A stretch of 64,000 nucleotides of DNA from an uncultured Thermoplasmata archaeon (GCA_964568665.1 CAZMPY010000005.1:196330-260329), one strand, 5' to 3'; positions 19,600 to 29,712 are shown, counted from the first letter of the stretch. Notes: generated by a model from the sequence alone, not told the origin. A program made the numbers and translations.

Positions 19600-20502
19600 G
19601 CCGCACTTCCTGCAGAACGCATCGGATTCGCGCGGCTTGCTCCCGCAGGACGGGCACTTGCGATCCCGGAGTATCTTCGTGCCGCACTTGGCGCAGAACA
19701 GATCGTCGTCGTGGGACGGTGTCGAACATGTCACGCACCTGCCCTTCGGCGATTCCATCTCGGAGACCTCATCGACCTCCGGCGGAGGCGCAGGCAGCTC
19801 CTCGCCGTCCCCGGCCTTGAGCGGTATGGTCTCCCCGTCGGCGACGACGCTGACCTCCTTCCTGGCCTTGACTGCGAGCGAGAGGGCCTTCGAGTAGTTC
19901 CCTCTGGAGAACTCCGCGTCCGCCCCCTGGATCAGCTGCTCCGCCTTGAACACGTCCCTGCCCGAGGCCGCGGCCTTGCTCACATCACCCCTGGCGGTGT
20001 TGATCTCGAACTTGGCGCCCATGTAGTTCATGCCCTTGTCGTCCTGCAGCTTCGAGCCGCTGTAGGAATCCGTGGCGGGCACGGCTGGCAGCTTCTTCGG
20101 GGACGACGCGGCGGTCTCGGCCACCAGCTCCAGGCGGTCCTTCGCCTCCTGGTCCTCGGCCTGCGCCGGCGTCCTCTGGGGGAGTTTCTTGGTCTTCGTG
20201 AGCTCCTCCTTCGCATTCTCGCTCAGCTCCATCGACCTCTCGTACTCCCCTCTGAGCATGGCCTCCTTCGAGCTCGTCAGGAGTTTCCTCGCAGCGCTCA
20301 CATCCGAACCCTGCCGCTCGAGGACGTTGAGCACCGAGCGCACCGTGTGGATCGCGTTGAACGCCGCGTCCTTCTTGACGCCGACCTTCCGGACCTCCTT
20401 GGCCTTGCCCCGCATGATCCTCACCTCGAAGTAGAGGACGAGCGACATGATCACTGCGAGCAGGGCTATCAGAATCATCTTCTCTGTGTCGGTGAGGGCC
20501 AA
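19585..20502 (-). CDS. Membrane-anchored helical protein with C-terminal double zinc ribbon
   Basis: N-terminal TM; two repeated helical segments; CVTC..FCAKCG..CPSC..FCRKCG. Confidence 0.8.
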   Translation of the reverse strand: MALTDTEKMILIALLAVIMSLVLYFEVRIMRGKAKEVRKVGVKKDAAFNAIHTVRSVLNVLERQGSDVSAARKLLTSSKEAMLRGEYERSMELSENAKEELTKTKKLPQRTPAQAEDQEAKDRLELVAETAASSPKKLPAVPATDSYSGSKLQDDKGMNYMGAKFEINTARGDVSKAAASGRDVFKAEQLIQGADAEFSRGNYSKALSLAVKARKEVSVVADGETIPLKAGDGEELPAPPPEVDEVSEMESPKGRCVTCSTPSHDDDLFCAKCGTKILRDRKCPSCGSKPRESDAFCRKCGSRIP

Positions 20503-20640
20503 GGAAGCCAGCTCCTCCTGAGGTCGTTCCGTTGAGATATCTGTGCTCTTATAAACCCTTCTCCGAGGTTGTCACACAGCGGACACGGCATCGCCCAGCG
20601 GCGAGAACGCGCTACAGAGATGATAGGATAGGTAGAGTGG

Positions 20641-20857
20641 CTGACGGCTTTCCACAACCGTAACGGGTTCAAGCAATGCAGTTCACCCTGTACCCGAAGG
20701 TACAGAGCTAGTACATCTAGCCGTTACGGCCGAGACCCCGCAAGGGGGTTAAGCTTCCCGAGGGCTCGCGCACCTCAGTACCGCGGAGAACGTAGGCGGG
20801 CTTAACTTCTGGGTTCGGAGTGGGACCAGGTGTAGCCCCGCCACTATGGCCGTCAAA
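20641..20857 (-). rRNA. rrf: 5S rRNA (stand-alone gene) with a probable ~97-nt internal insertion
   Basis: TTGACGGCCATAGTGGCGGGG...CCCACTCCGAACCCAGAAGTTAAGCCCGCC...GTACTGAGGTGCGCGAGCCCTCGGGAAGC; helix I partner GCCGTCAG at 20641-20648; TATA at ~20889-20896; pyrimidine tract downstream. Confidence 0.9.
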
Positions 20858-21021
20858 CCGCTCTGTAAGGGCACCAAATAACGACGTCCTATATAAGTGT
20901 TGTTGAGCAGAAGCTGTCTGGAGCTCGCCCCCTCGGAGGGGCGGGGGCCCAGGCATCCGATCAGACAGCACACAGATGGTCGGATTGATTAGCCCGATCG
21001 GCATTCGAGGGACGGCAGGCC

Positions 21022-21759
21022 ATGAGGAAAATCGTAGCGGTCACGTTCGACCTTTGGGACACCCTCATCAAGGAGGCTCCAGGGAACACCGAGAAGGTCG
21101 CGAGGCTCAGGATCGACGGGATCACGAGCCGGCTCTCCGAGAGCGGCCACACGCACGACTGGGAGGAGGTGGAGGAGGCCTATGCGAAGACGGGGGATTT
21201 CCTGGACTTCACATGGGGCAAGTCCAGGGACATGCCCGTCAGGGACCACGTCCTGTTCCTCCTGAACTGCATCGAGTGCAGGCTCGCGAGCAAGCTCTCG
21301 AAGGAGGATTTCGACGCGGTCGTAAAGGTCTACGCCGACAGCCTCCTCGACCAGCCGCCGCTCCTACTGCCCAAGGTCAGGGAGACCCTGGGCGAGGTCA
21401 AGGAGAAGGGGTACAGGACGGGCCTGATATCCAACACTGGCAAGACGCCAGGGACGACCCTGAGGACGCTCCTCGACCGCATGGGGGTCCTCGAGTACTT
21501 CGACGTGATGACATTCTCGAACGAGGTGATGGTGAGGAAGCCTTCGGCGGGGGTTTTCAGGGTCACCCTCGAGAACCTCCGGACGCTCCCGAGGGCGGCC
21601 GTGCACATAGGGGACGACCCCAGGAGCGACGTGGGCGGGGCCAAGGACTTCGGCATGTACGCCATCCAGGCGCTGTACACAGGGGCTACCGTGTCCGACT
21701 CGGCCGACGGGCACGTGACCGACCTTGCCCAGGTCTCGGACGTCCTGGACAGGCTGTGA
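21022..21759 (+). CDS. HAD-superfamily hydrolase
   Basis: TFDLWDTL, ISNT, RKP, HIGDD..SDVGGA. Confidence 0.9.
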   Translation: MRKIVAVTFDLWDTLIKEAPGNTEKVARLRIDGITSRLSESGHTHDWEEVEEAYAKTGDFLDFTWGKSRDMPVRDHVLFLLNCIECRLASKLSKEDFDAVVKVYADSLLDQPPLLLPKVRETLGEVKEKGYRTGLISNTGKTPGTTLRTLLDRMGVLEYFDVMTFSNEVMVRKPSAGVFRVTLENLRTLPRAAVHIGDDPRSDVGGAKDFGMYAIQALYTGATVSDSADGHVTDLAQVSDVLDRL

Positions 21760-21793
21760 AAGTGTTATTCACGTAAAGGCACATCGGGGGCGC

Positions 21794-22516
21794 ATGACCT
21801 TCGAGCCGTTCGGCATGGCCCTCCAAGACCACCTGGAGGGCAAGTCCCCGACGATAACGATCGAGCGTGATGACGGATACATCGACGAGATGGACTTCGA
21901 GGAGTACTTCGTGGGGTACGACGGGTTCCCGGCCTGCGAGAAGCAGGCGCTGGCATACGCCAAGGGAAGGACTCTGGACCTGGGGCTCGGCGCGGGCAGG
22001 GTGTGCCTGCACCTCCAGGACCAGGGACTGGACCCGGTCGGGATCGACATCTCCGACCTCGCGCTCGAGGTCGCCCGGAAGCGCGGCGTCAGGAACGCCG
22101 TCAAGATGTCTGTCTGCGAGCTCGATTTCGAGGAAGGGAGCTTCGACACCGTCGTTGCGTTCGGCAACAACTTCGGACTGTGCGGCGCGCCGGAGAAGGT
22201 CCTCGGGATGATGGTCAGGCTCAGGGGCATCCTGCGGGAGGACGGCGCATTCCTGGCGGAGTCCGTGAACCCGGTGGCCACGGACAACCCCGCGCACCTG
22301 CGGTATCACAAGGCCAACCTGGAGAAGGGCAAGTACCGGGGACATGTGCGCATCCGGGACAAGTACAAGGGGGTCGTCGGCGGATGGTTCGACCTGCTCA
22401 TGGTGACCCCGGACGAGATGGCGGAACTCGCGAAGCGCGCAGGGTTCAGGGTCGAGAGGATCTGCCGCGAGAGCGAGTCGGACAGGCTCTACGTGGCCGT
22501 CCTGAAGAAGGCGTGA
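21794..22516 (+). CDS. Class I SAM-dependent methyltransferase
   Basis: TLDLGLGAGR, GIDIS, SFDTV..FGNNFG. Confidence 0.88.
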   Translation: MTFEPFGMALQDHLEGKSPTITIERDDGYIDEMDFEEYFVGYDGFPACEKQALAYAKGRTLDLGLGAGRVCLHLQDQGLDPVGIDISDLALEVARKRGVRNAVKMSVCELDFEEGSFDTVVAFGNNFGLCGAPEKVLGMMVRLRGILREDGAFLAESVNPVATDNPAHLRYHKANLEKGKYRGHVRIRDKYKGVVGGWFDLLMVTPDEMAELAKRAGFRVERICRESESDRLYVAVLKKA

Positions 22517-22518
22517 GC

Positions 22519-23304
22519 TCAGAACAGCGAGAGCGCCAGCGCCAGAAGCGTCCCGATGGATATCGACGTCAGGTTGTTCCCCAGCTTGCCTATCCTGCCG
22601 TCGGTCTCGATGGTCGCGCCGATGACGCTGTCCACCTGGCACCCGAAGAAGCCGCACAGCATGGGTATGAACAGCGTCGCGGGACCTGCCAGGAGCCCGG
22701 TGTCGAACGCGGCGAACACGACGTACGCGACCACGGAGGTGTACGCGGCCGCGACGAACGCCACGAGCTGGCCCGTGAGGGATATCCCTCCGTCCACGCC
22801 CCGCTTGGTCCGCTTGAAAGTGGTTATCAGGTAGACCCTCGGGTCGGTGATGCCGATCTCGCTCGCAGCCGTGTCCGCAGCGGCGACGGCGATGGCGGAT
22901 GTGAAAAGGAAGCTCGCGGTGTTCTTAGGGAAGATGTTGCCGGAGGTCAGGCCGGACACGTCGAGATACTCGGACACGAAACTGACGAGCGCGATCGCCG
23001 CGGGGACGGCACCGTTCGCCGCGACGTTGCGCCACCTGCGCTCGCCGCCCTTCCCCTCCTGGAACCCTTGGGACTTCTTCCATTCGAACCTGTACTTGGT
23101 CGCGCCGAAGCTGGTGACCATGAACACGAGCAGGAGCAGGAGCCACAGGATGTTGCCGCAGATGCCGATGACCATGCCGACCACGAAGGCCGACAGGGAC
23201 CCTGACAGATCGAATATGCCGCGCTTGTACGACGCGACGGCCATGACCACGCAGAACACGGTCACGCCGATGATGGTCGGCAGGTCGGGCAGCGGAAGGG
23301 ACAT
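22519..23304 (-). CDS. DUF92/TMEM19 family membrane protein
   Basis: RRWRNVAANG, AAADTASE-like AAADTAASEIG, GVDGGISLTG, VDSVIGAT. Confidence 0.9.
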   Translation of the reverse strand: MSLPLPDLPTIIGVTVFCVVMAVASYKRGIFDLSGSLSAFVVGMVIGICGNILWLLLLLVFMVTSFGATKYRFEWKKSQGFQEGKGGERRWRNVAANGAVPAAIALVSFVSEYLDVSGLTSGNIFPKNTASFLFTSAIAVAAADTAASEIGITDPRVYLITTFKRTKRGVDGGISLTGQLVAFVAAAYTSVVAYVVFAAFDTGLLAGPATLFIPMLCGFFGCQVDSVIGATIETDGRIGKLGNNLTSISIGTLLALALSLF

Positions 23305-23316
23305 CCAGGGACCTCC

Positions 23317-26300
23317 TCAGGACGCCTTCCCCTTCAGGCCCAGGAGCAGGGACGGGGCCTTGGAATAGAGCGCCTTCGCGATGTCGTTCACCCCGCGGAC
23401 CTTGTCGAGGTCACCGTCCCAGTCGATCAGATCGATCTCGAACCTGCCCTCGATCGCGTCCAGCACCTTCTTCATCCGCGAGGCGACCTTCCGGGACGCC
23501 TTGCCGTGGAGCACGACCGCGAGGAACAGGTACTCGCCCTTCTCGATGAGCACGACCTTCTCGCCGAAGTCGAGCTTCCTGAGCGTGAACGAGGTCTCGT
23601 CCTTGAACGAGTCCTTGACGAAGTCCTGGATCGCGACGAACATGCTGCTTAGGACCTGGTCGTCCATGCCCGGCTTGAGCCTGCGGGTGCTGTGCCCCAG
23701 CATCCTGCCGTCGTTGTATATCACGAACGTCTCGTCAACGGCTATCGAGGACTCGTGCAGGAAGTAGGCCGCCGTGCCCAGCGCGGCCGCCACGGAGACG
23801 GCCAGCAGGTACGGGAACGCGTAGTCGAAGAACCTCAGCTTGACCGTGACGGTGTAGGTCTCGCTCGTGTACTCGTTGCCCGCGAGGTCCGACACCGTCA
23901 GGAAGTAGCTGAGGGGGCCGGACCGCGTGGGCACCTCGACCAGGGCGTAGTACGTGTCGGTGTCGCCGACGCGGGTCATCAGGACCGGTGAGACGACGTC
24001 GTCACCCGGGAGCAGCACATGCAGGAGCACGCTGTGGATGTCGATGTTGTCCTCGTCGATGGTCACGGATATGTTGAGCTTCCCGCCGCCGTAGGTCGTG
24101 TTCCCAACAGCCTTGAAAGTGACCACGGGCGAGGTGTCGTCGATCACGACCACGAGGCCGTTCCTGACCGCGATGTTCCCGTCACGGTCCTCGGCGCGGA
24201 CATCGATGACATGGTCGCCGTCGGACCAGCCGGTCGTGTCCAGCTCGTAGAGCGTCTCGAAGTCGGCGAACGGGGAGCCGTCCACGGAGTACCGGACATA
24301 GATCAGCGGGATCGTGTCGTCCCCGACGCTGAACCTGAGGGGCGTGCCGGACCGCACGACCGAGTTGTTGCCGGGGGTCGTCATCTCGACGGTCGGCTCG
24401 ATCATGTACAGCGTCCTGCTGAGCCTCAGGGTGTTGCCGTCGTCGTCGGCGGCGGTGAGGTTGACGACACAGTTCCTGACGGGGTCGTACTCGTGCTCGA
24501 CCACGGCCAGCGGCATCCCGAGGTCGACCTCGGAATAGCCGTCCCCGAACTGCCAGACCATGTCCGTGATGTCCGGGTACCTGTCGAGCAGCGAGGATGC
24601 GTCGAACGTCACCAGCCGCGTCATCTCGGGATCGTCCCGGGTCACGAGCAGGTCCAGGGATGCGGTGCCCGTGGGGACCATGTCCCTGACGTCGATGTAC
24701 ACTTGCTGGACCCCGGCCGAACCGTCCGAGTCCGTGATGCGGACCTTGGCGGTGTAGTTCCCGGTCCAGTCATATGTGAAATGCGTGTAGTTCTCCTGGG
24801 AGGTCCTGTCGGATATGAACTCGCCCCCGAAGGCGCTGAAGTCCCACTCGAACCCGACGACATCGTCGTAGCTCTCGAAGCTGGCGGACAGGTTGAGCTC
24901 CTGGAACTCGTAGTACAGAGAGGATGCTGGAAGGGTCACGAGGTCGATGAACGGGGCGATCTCCAGGACCTCGAACGGCATCACGAACGACCCGAGGTCG
25001 CCGTCGGGCTCGGCCACATCGAGCCTCATCTCGTAGGCCCCGTCCCCGAACTCGAAGGTCGTCGACGCCATGGCCTCGCCGTCGAATGGGTACTCGACCT
25101 GTGTCGCATTGGGATAAGTGAGCGTCCAGAGCCAGGTCGAGATGCCGTCGTAGGTGTAGGTCTCGTCGACGAAGCTGAACGGCACGCCCTCCTCGGGCGA
25201 CGGAACGGACAGCGCGAAGGACGCCTCCGGGCCTATGTCCGAGACGACGACGTTCATGGACGACATGTTCCAGTCGCCATCAACATCCGTCACGCGGACA
25301 GCGACGACGTAGGATTCGGACACGCCGGATGCGCCGAACTCATAGGTCGTGTAGTTCACAGCCCCAGTGTTCCGATCGGCGACGAACGCGCCACCGGAGT
25401 ATGAGAAGTTCCACTCGACGCTCTGGATCGTGTCCACGGGCCCGTCGTGCAGCAGGTCGATCTCAACGGAGAAGTTCACGGACTGGCCTTCTTGGACGGA
25501 CTCATCGCCCGTGAGGATGAGCTCCGGGGCCAGCGCCTGAACGTCGATGAACTGAACGACCGCATCGAACGAGCCGTCGGAATCGGTGGCCTTCAGCGTC
25601 ACGATGTGCATGCCGTCGTTGAACTCCCATGCCACGGACGACTCGAGCCCGGTCGATACCGGGATGCCGTCGATGGTCCAAGCGAGCTCGACGACCGGGT
25701 CGAAGGATGTGGTCGCATCGGTGAACGTGACAACCTGTCCCTCGGACGGGTTCACAGGGGACCACGAGAAGTCGACATGCGGCACGCTGTCCACGACCTC
25801 GACCGTGGTCGTGTCGTTGTCCGTGAGGTTCGCGGGGTCGCGGACCTCGACCGTGACGTCGTACAGACCCAGGACCGCGTAGGCATGCACCGGGTTGGGC
25901 GCCCTGACCCAATCGGTCGTGTTGCCGTCCCCGAAGTCCCATCTGTAGTCCATGTAGGGCAGCTCAGACGTGCCTGTCGAGGATGAGCCATCGAATGTGA
26001 GCAGGTCGCCTTGGCCGGCCGAATACGGTCCGCCCGCGTGGGCCACCGGCGGGAAGTTGATCTGCTCCCAGGCGGACACCGAGTGCGACCCGGAGTCGCA
26101 GACGAGCAGGTCGCCCCTGTGGTCCTGGGTCGCGTCGCCCATGGCCGCGCATGTCGGATACGCGCCGGTCACGAAGGCCATCGATGGTTCCGCCGGGAGC
26201 GTACCAGCATCCTGTCGGTAAAGGAAGAGGAGGTCCGCACCTGCGAATATGGCCACGACATCCGCATGGCCCCTGTCGGTCGCGTCGATGACGAAGACAT

Positions 26301-28383
26301 ACTGGGGCACCTCTGGGAACTCAATCGGGACAGTTGGCAGCGGAGCGGTCCCGAAGTCCACCTGGTCGAACAGGTAGAGCCCGGTATCACCCGGACGCAT
26401 CGCGAGTATGTCGATCATCCCGTCCCCGGTCGCATCCCCGGTCCACAGCTCCGTGAAGTCCACACCAGTGGTCTCGGACAGGGAAAGGTCCGCGGGCAGG
26501 GAGATCGGGTCCACCGACTCGGACTGCAGCAAGATATCTATGTGCAGGCTGGACCTCGTATAGGCCAGGTCGCACAGACCGTCCGAGTCGAAGTCGTCTG
26601 CCACCACGGACGTTATCGACTGGCCAGGAGTCGGCGTGATCTCGTAGGCTGCGCCGTACGGATCCGAGGCAGCCGCGTTGAAGAAGATGTCTATCTGCCC
26701 GACCTCTGTGCTTGCGACGACATCGACCAAGGAATCGCCGTTCAAGTCGCCAACGGCCATGTCCGTCACGTTCCCCCCGCATGTGAGCAGAGCGGTCTCG
26801 AACGTGGTCGGCAGGTCGGCCCTGCCATACAGCAGAGAGAGGTACGGGCTGCCGGACCTGGATATCAGCACGTCTGAGCAACCGTCACCGTTGAAATCCC
26901 TGACGAGCATATCGTCTGGACGGAATGCAAGTTCGAATTCGTTCGTCGTGCCGTTGAATGACAGGACATACCCGACGGTGTTGGAATCAGGATACAGAAG
27001 GACGAGATCCTCGTCGTCGTCCCCGTCGATGTCTCCGGCCGCAATCACGGTCGCTTCGGCGGCCCAGTTCGTCCAGGTCGTGTGATTGCTATTAGAAACG
27101 AACTCCAGCTCAGATGAATAGACGGCCAGGCTCGACCCAGTATAATCGGAACGGGCACTCGCAACACCAATCTCCAAGAAGGCATCGCCATCGAGTTGGC
27201 CTATCAACGCGTTGCTTGGGCCCGCACCAGTCGGAAACATGAAATCGCAGGTCTCAGACCAAATCGGGGAGTTGTCGTTCTGGTAGAGGCCAATTGCCCG
27301 CGAGTCGTCACGCGAAAGGACAATCAGATCCTGTCTCCCGTCCTCGGAGATGTCGCCTACGATTATCTTCGAGGGAGTCACTTCGATGGGAAGGGTGGTC
27401 TCAGCAGACGACGGAAATGGACCGGAAGACCGGAAGAAATACTGCAGGGTCGAAGGGTTCTCTGCTCCGACGACAAGGTCATCTGTAGTATCCGAGTTCA
27501 ACCTTCCGCATGCGAGCGCGGTCGGATTGCCTGTCACTTCAAGGACGGAATCAGGACTCATTCCGAGCGAGAACGACTGCTGGAACACCATCACATTCGA
27601 ATCATATTCGTTGACGACTGCGAGGTCCAGCAGCTCATCAGTCCCGAACGAACCTGAGATGAGTGACCGTGTCCCGTTGCCACAGGAAATCAAGATGAAA
27701 GTATCGTAGGCAGGCCCCTTCCGGACCTCTATCATCCCTGGCTCCGACACCGGGTTCGAGCCTGAGCATGAGAAAGCGATGTCCGGATAGATGTCCCCGG
27801 TAAGGTTGCCGACAACAAGGGCGTTCGCACCACCGTATAGTGAAAAATCAACAACTTGGCTGTACGATGTGTCAGATGTGTAGTTCAGTATCGTCAGGTG
27901 CTCGGAGTCGGAAGGACTGGCCCGTCCTTCAAGAACTGCTAACTGTGCGGCTCCTGTCGAGTAGCAGTCAATCGCGCTTACAGCCAATGGCGTCCTTGCA
28001 AGAGTGATGTTGTACGAAGGCTGGCTGGAGAAATTACCGTCCACCCTGCCATAGAACACGGATATGACCTTCGCCTCGGACACCGCCACGACAAGGTCAT
28101 CGTAACCGTCGCCGTTGATGTCCACCAGGATAGCGTCGGTAGACCCACCTGGCAACATCAGTGCGCGGGACACGACCGGGTATTCTAGCAGTCCCAGGGC
28201 CGTGTCGGAGAGGTCGGTGTAGCTGACTGATTTCGCATCCGTCGTGGGCGGGAAATCAATGCGCGATGTCTGTTCCAGATGCGCGGTCGGGTAGCTTGTT
28301 GAGTCACCAGCCCCTGCGGAGAGCGGCACGAGCATCGATGTAATGGTCAACACGGCTATGGTCGTGGCTAGCAGAAGGCGCAC
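23317..28383 (-). CDS. Giant single-pass surface protein: FG-GAP/VCBS repeats, PKD/Ig domains, TM and cytoplasmic domain
   Basis: Signal peptide; many DxNGDGxxDL motifs; WDFGDG PKD motifs; TM YLLAVSVAAALGTAAYFL; ~140-aa tail. Confidence 0.88.
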   Translation of the reverse strand: MRLLLATTIAVLTITSMLVPLSAGAGDSTSYPTAHLEQTSRIDFPPTTDAKSVSYTDLSDTALGLLEYPVVSRALMLPGGSTDAILVDINGDGYDDLVVAVSEAKVISVFYGRVDGNFSSQPSYNITLARTPLAVSAIDCYSTGAAQLAVLEGRASPSDSEHLTILNYTSDTSYSQVVDFSLYGGANALVVGNLTGDIYPDIAFSCSGSNPVSEPGMIEVRKGPAYDTFILISCGNGTRSLISGSFGTDELLDLAVVNEYDSNVMVFQQSFSLGMSPDSVLEVTGNPTALACGRLNSDTTDDLVVGAENPSTLQYFFRSSGPFPSSAETTLPIEVTPSKIIVGDISEDGRQDLIVLSRDDSRAIGLYQNDNSPIWSETCDFMFPTGAGPSNALIGQLDGDAFLEIGVASARSDYTGSSLAVYSSELEFVSNSNHTTWTNWAAEATVIAAGDIDGDDDEDLVLLYPDSNTVGYVLSFNGTTNEFELAFRPDDMLVRDFNGDGCSDVLISRSGSPYLSLLYGRADLPTTFETALLTCGGNVTDMAVGDLNGDSLVDVVASTEVGQIDIFFNAAASDPYGAAYEITPTPGQSITSVVADDFDSDGLCDLAYTRSSLHIDILLQSESVDPISLPADLSLSETTGVDFTELWTGDATGDGMIDILAMRPGDTGLYLFDQVDFGTAPLPTVPIEFPEVPQYVFVIDATDRGHADVVAIFAGADLLFLYRQDAGTLPAEPSMAFVTGAYPTCAAMGDATQDHRGDLLVCDSGSHSVSAWEQINFPPVAHAGGPYSAGQGDLLTFDGSSSTGTSELPYMDYRWDFGDGNTTDWVRAPNPVHAYAVLGLYDVTVEVRDPANLTDNDTTTVEVVDSVPHVDFSWSPVNPSEGQVVTFTDATTSFDPVVELAWTIDGIPVSTGLESSVAWEFNDGMHIVTLKATDSDGSFDAVVQFIDVQALAPELILTGDESVQEGQSVNFSVEIDLLHDGPVDTIQSVEWNFSYSGGAFVADRNTGAVNYTTYEFGASGVSESYVVAVRVTDVDGDWNMSSMNVVVSDIGPEASFALSVPSPEEGVPFSFVDETYTYDGISTWLWTLTYPNATQVEYPFDGEAMASTTFEFGDGAYEMRLDVAEPDGDLGSFVMPFEVLEIAPFIDLVTLPASSLYYEFQELNLSASFESYDDVVGFEWDFSAFGGEFISDRTSQENYTHFTYDWTGNYTAKVRITDSDGSAGVQQVYIDVRDMVPTGTASLDLLVTRDDPEMTRLVTFDASSLLDRYPDITDMVWQFGDGYSEVDLGMPLAVVEHEYDPVRNCVVNLTAADDDGNTLRLSRTLYMIEPTVEMTTPGNNSVVRSGTPLRFSVGDDTIPLIYVRYSVDGSPFADFETLYELDTTGWSDGDHVIDVRAEDRDGNIAVRNGLVVVIDDTSPVVTFKAVGNTTYGGGKLNISVTIDEDNIDIHSVLLHVLLPGDDVVSPVLMTRVGDTDTYYALVEVPTRSGPLSYFLTVSDLAGNEYTSETYTVTVKLRFFDYAFPYLLAVSVAAALGTAAYFLHESSIAVDETFVIYNDGRMLGHSTRRLKPGMDDQVLSSMFVAIQDFVKDSFKDETSFTLRKLDFGEKVVLIEKGEYLFLAVVLHGKASRKVASRMKKVLDAIEGRFEIDLIDWDGDLDKVRGVNDIAKALYSKAPSLLLGLKGKAS

Positions 28384-28509
28384 GTGATTCCCATCCTGGA
28401 CACCCCAGTGGTCTTACTTTTATTTGATGCTTTCGGAAATAATACCGTGCCAGAGTCCTCAGAATCAGTGTCCAAGGCTTATATATGAACAGAGGCCTAA
28501 CAGGGTTCC

Positions 28510-29712
28510 ATGGCCGCGTCGCTGAGGATCGGCCGGGTGTTCGGGGTCCCGATCTACCTCCACTTCACGTTCCTGATCATCCTGCCGTTGTTCGTCTGGC
28601 TGTTCTCCGAGAGCGACCAGAAGATACTCTGGTTCACAGCCGGCTTCGGCGGGCTCGACGCCCCGCAGTGGGAGAAGTACGCCTTCGGCACGGCCGCCAG
28701 CGTCATCTTCTTCCTGACCATCCTGGTCCACGAGCTGGCGCACTCCTACCTGGCCCTCAGGTACGGTGTCAGGATCAAGAGCATCACCCTGATGCTCTTC
28801 GGCGGAGTCGCCGCGATGGAGGAGATGCCGAAGGAACCGCGTCAGGAACTCAAGATGGCCTTCGCGGGCCCGGCTTCGAGCCTGGCGATAGGAGGAGCGT
28901 CACTCGCGGGGATGCTGCTGATCGACTCGCTGCACGTGCACGCGGTCTTCCTCGACGGCCTCAGCATCCTGTTCGGGCTGATGGCGTTCTACAACATCCT
29001 GCTCGCGGGGTTCAACATGCTCCCGGCGTTCCCGATGGACGGTGGCCGCGTCCTCAGGGCGTACCTCGCGACGAGGATGTCGCACATCGACGCGACGAGG
29101 AAGGCGGCGAGGACCGGGAGGTTCATGGCCATCGCGATGGGCGTCTTCGGACTGCTCACCGGCAACATATGGCTCATATTCATCGCGTTCTTCGTGTACA
29201 TCGGAGCGACGGAGGAGGAGCGGGCGACGGCCATCACCGACTCGCTCGAGGGCCTCAAGGTGGCGAACATAATGGCCCATCCCGTGGAAGTTGTCCATCC
29301 GGACACGACCGTCCAGCAGCTGCTGGACCTCATGTTCGCGACCAGGCACATGGGCTTCCCCGTTACGGACGGGAGGCTCGTCGGGATCGTGACGCTCTCC
29401 GACGCCCACAGGGTGCCCAGGGACCAGGCCCAGTATGCACGCGTCGGTCACATCATGACCAGGGAGGTCGCCACGGTCGGGCCCGACACGGGCGCGGCCG
29501 AGGCGCTGAAGATCATGACCGCACGCGGGATAGGTAGGCTCGTTGTACTCGACCGGGGGAGCATCGTCGGGATCGTCACCCGAAAGGACCTCCTGAGAGC
29601 GGCCGACGTGGTCGACGCGAGGAGGCGCGGCAGGCACGCGGCCTACCCGCCGCCCCCGCCCGGTCAGCCACCCTACGCCCCGCCGCCTAGCCCGCCAGCT
29701 GCTTCCTCTTGA
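28510..29712 (+). CDS. Site-2 (M50) zinc metalloprotease with CBS pair
   Basis: HELAH, AFAGP, FNMLPAFPMDGGR, two CBS domains. Confidence 0.93.
   Translation: MAASLRIGRVFGVPIYLHFTFLIILPLFVWLFSESDQKILWFTAGFGGLDAPQWEKYAFGTAASVIFFLTILVHELAHSYLALRYGVRIKSITLMLFGGVAAMEEMPKEPRQELKMAFAGPASSLAIGGASLAGMLLIDSLHVHAVFLDGLSILFGLMAFYNILLAGFNMLPAFPMDGGRVLRAYLATRMSHIDATRKAARTGRFMAIAMGVFGLLTGNIWLIFIAFFVYIGATEEERATAITDSLEGLKVANIMAHPVEVVHPDTTVQQLLDLMFATRHMGFPVTDGRLVGIVTLSDAHRVPRDQAQYARVGHIMTREVATVGPDTGAAEALKIMTARGIGRLVVLDRGSIVGIVTRKDLLRAADVVDARRRGRHAAYPPPPPGQPPYAPPPSPPAASS

Noticed and set aside
20733..20752. Resemblance of TAACCCCCTTGCGGGGTCTC to the T7 terminator (vector contamination)
   Set aside because: Match is short and imperfect, with no other vector sequence; better explained as a hairpin of the 5S insert.
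29630..29712. Pro-rich tail and 3' overlaps of convergent genes (also 14513, 19585, 49752, 51365)
   Set aside because: Short convergent overlaps are common in compact archaeal genomes; no further signal.
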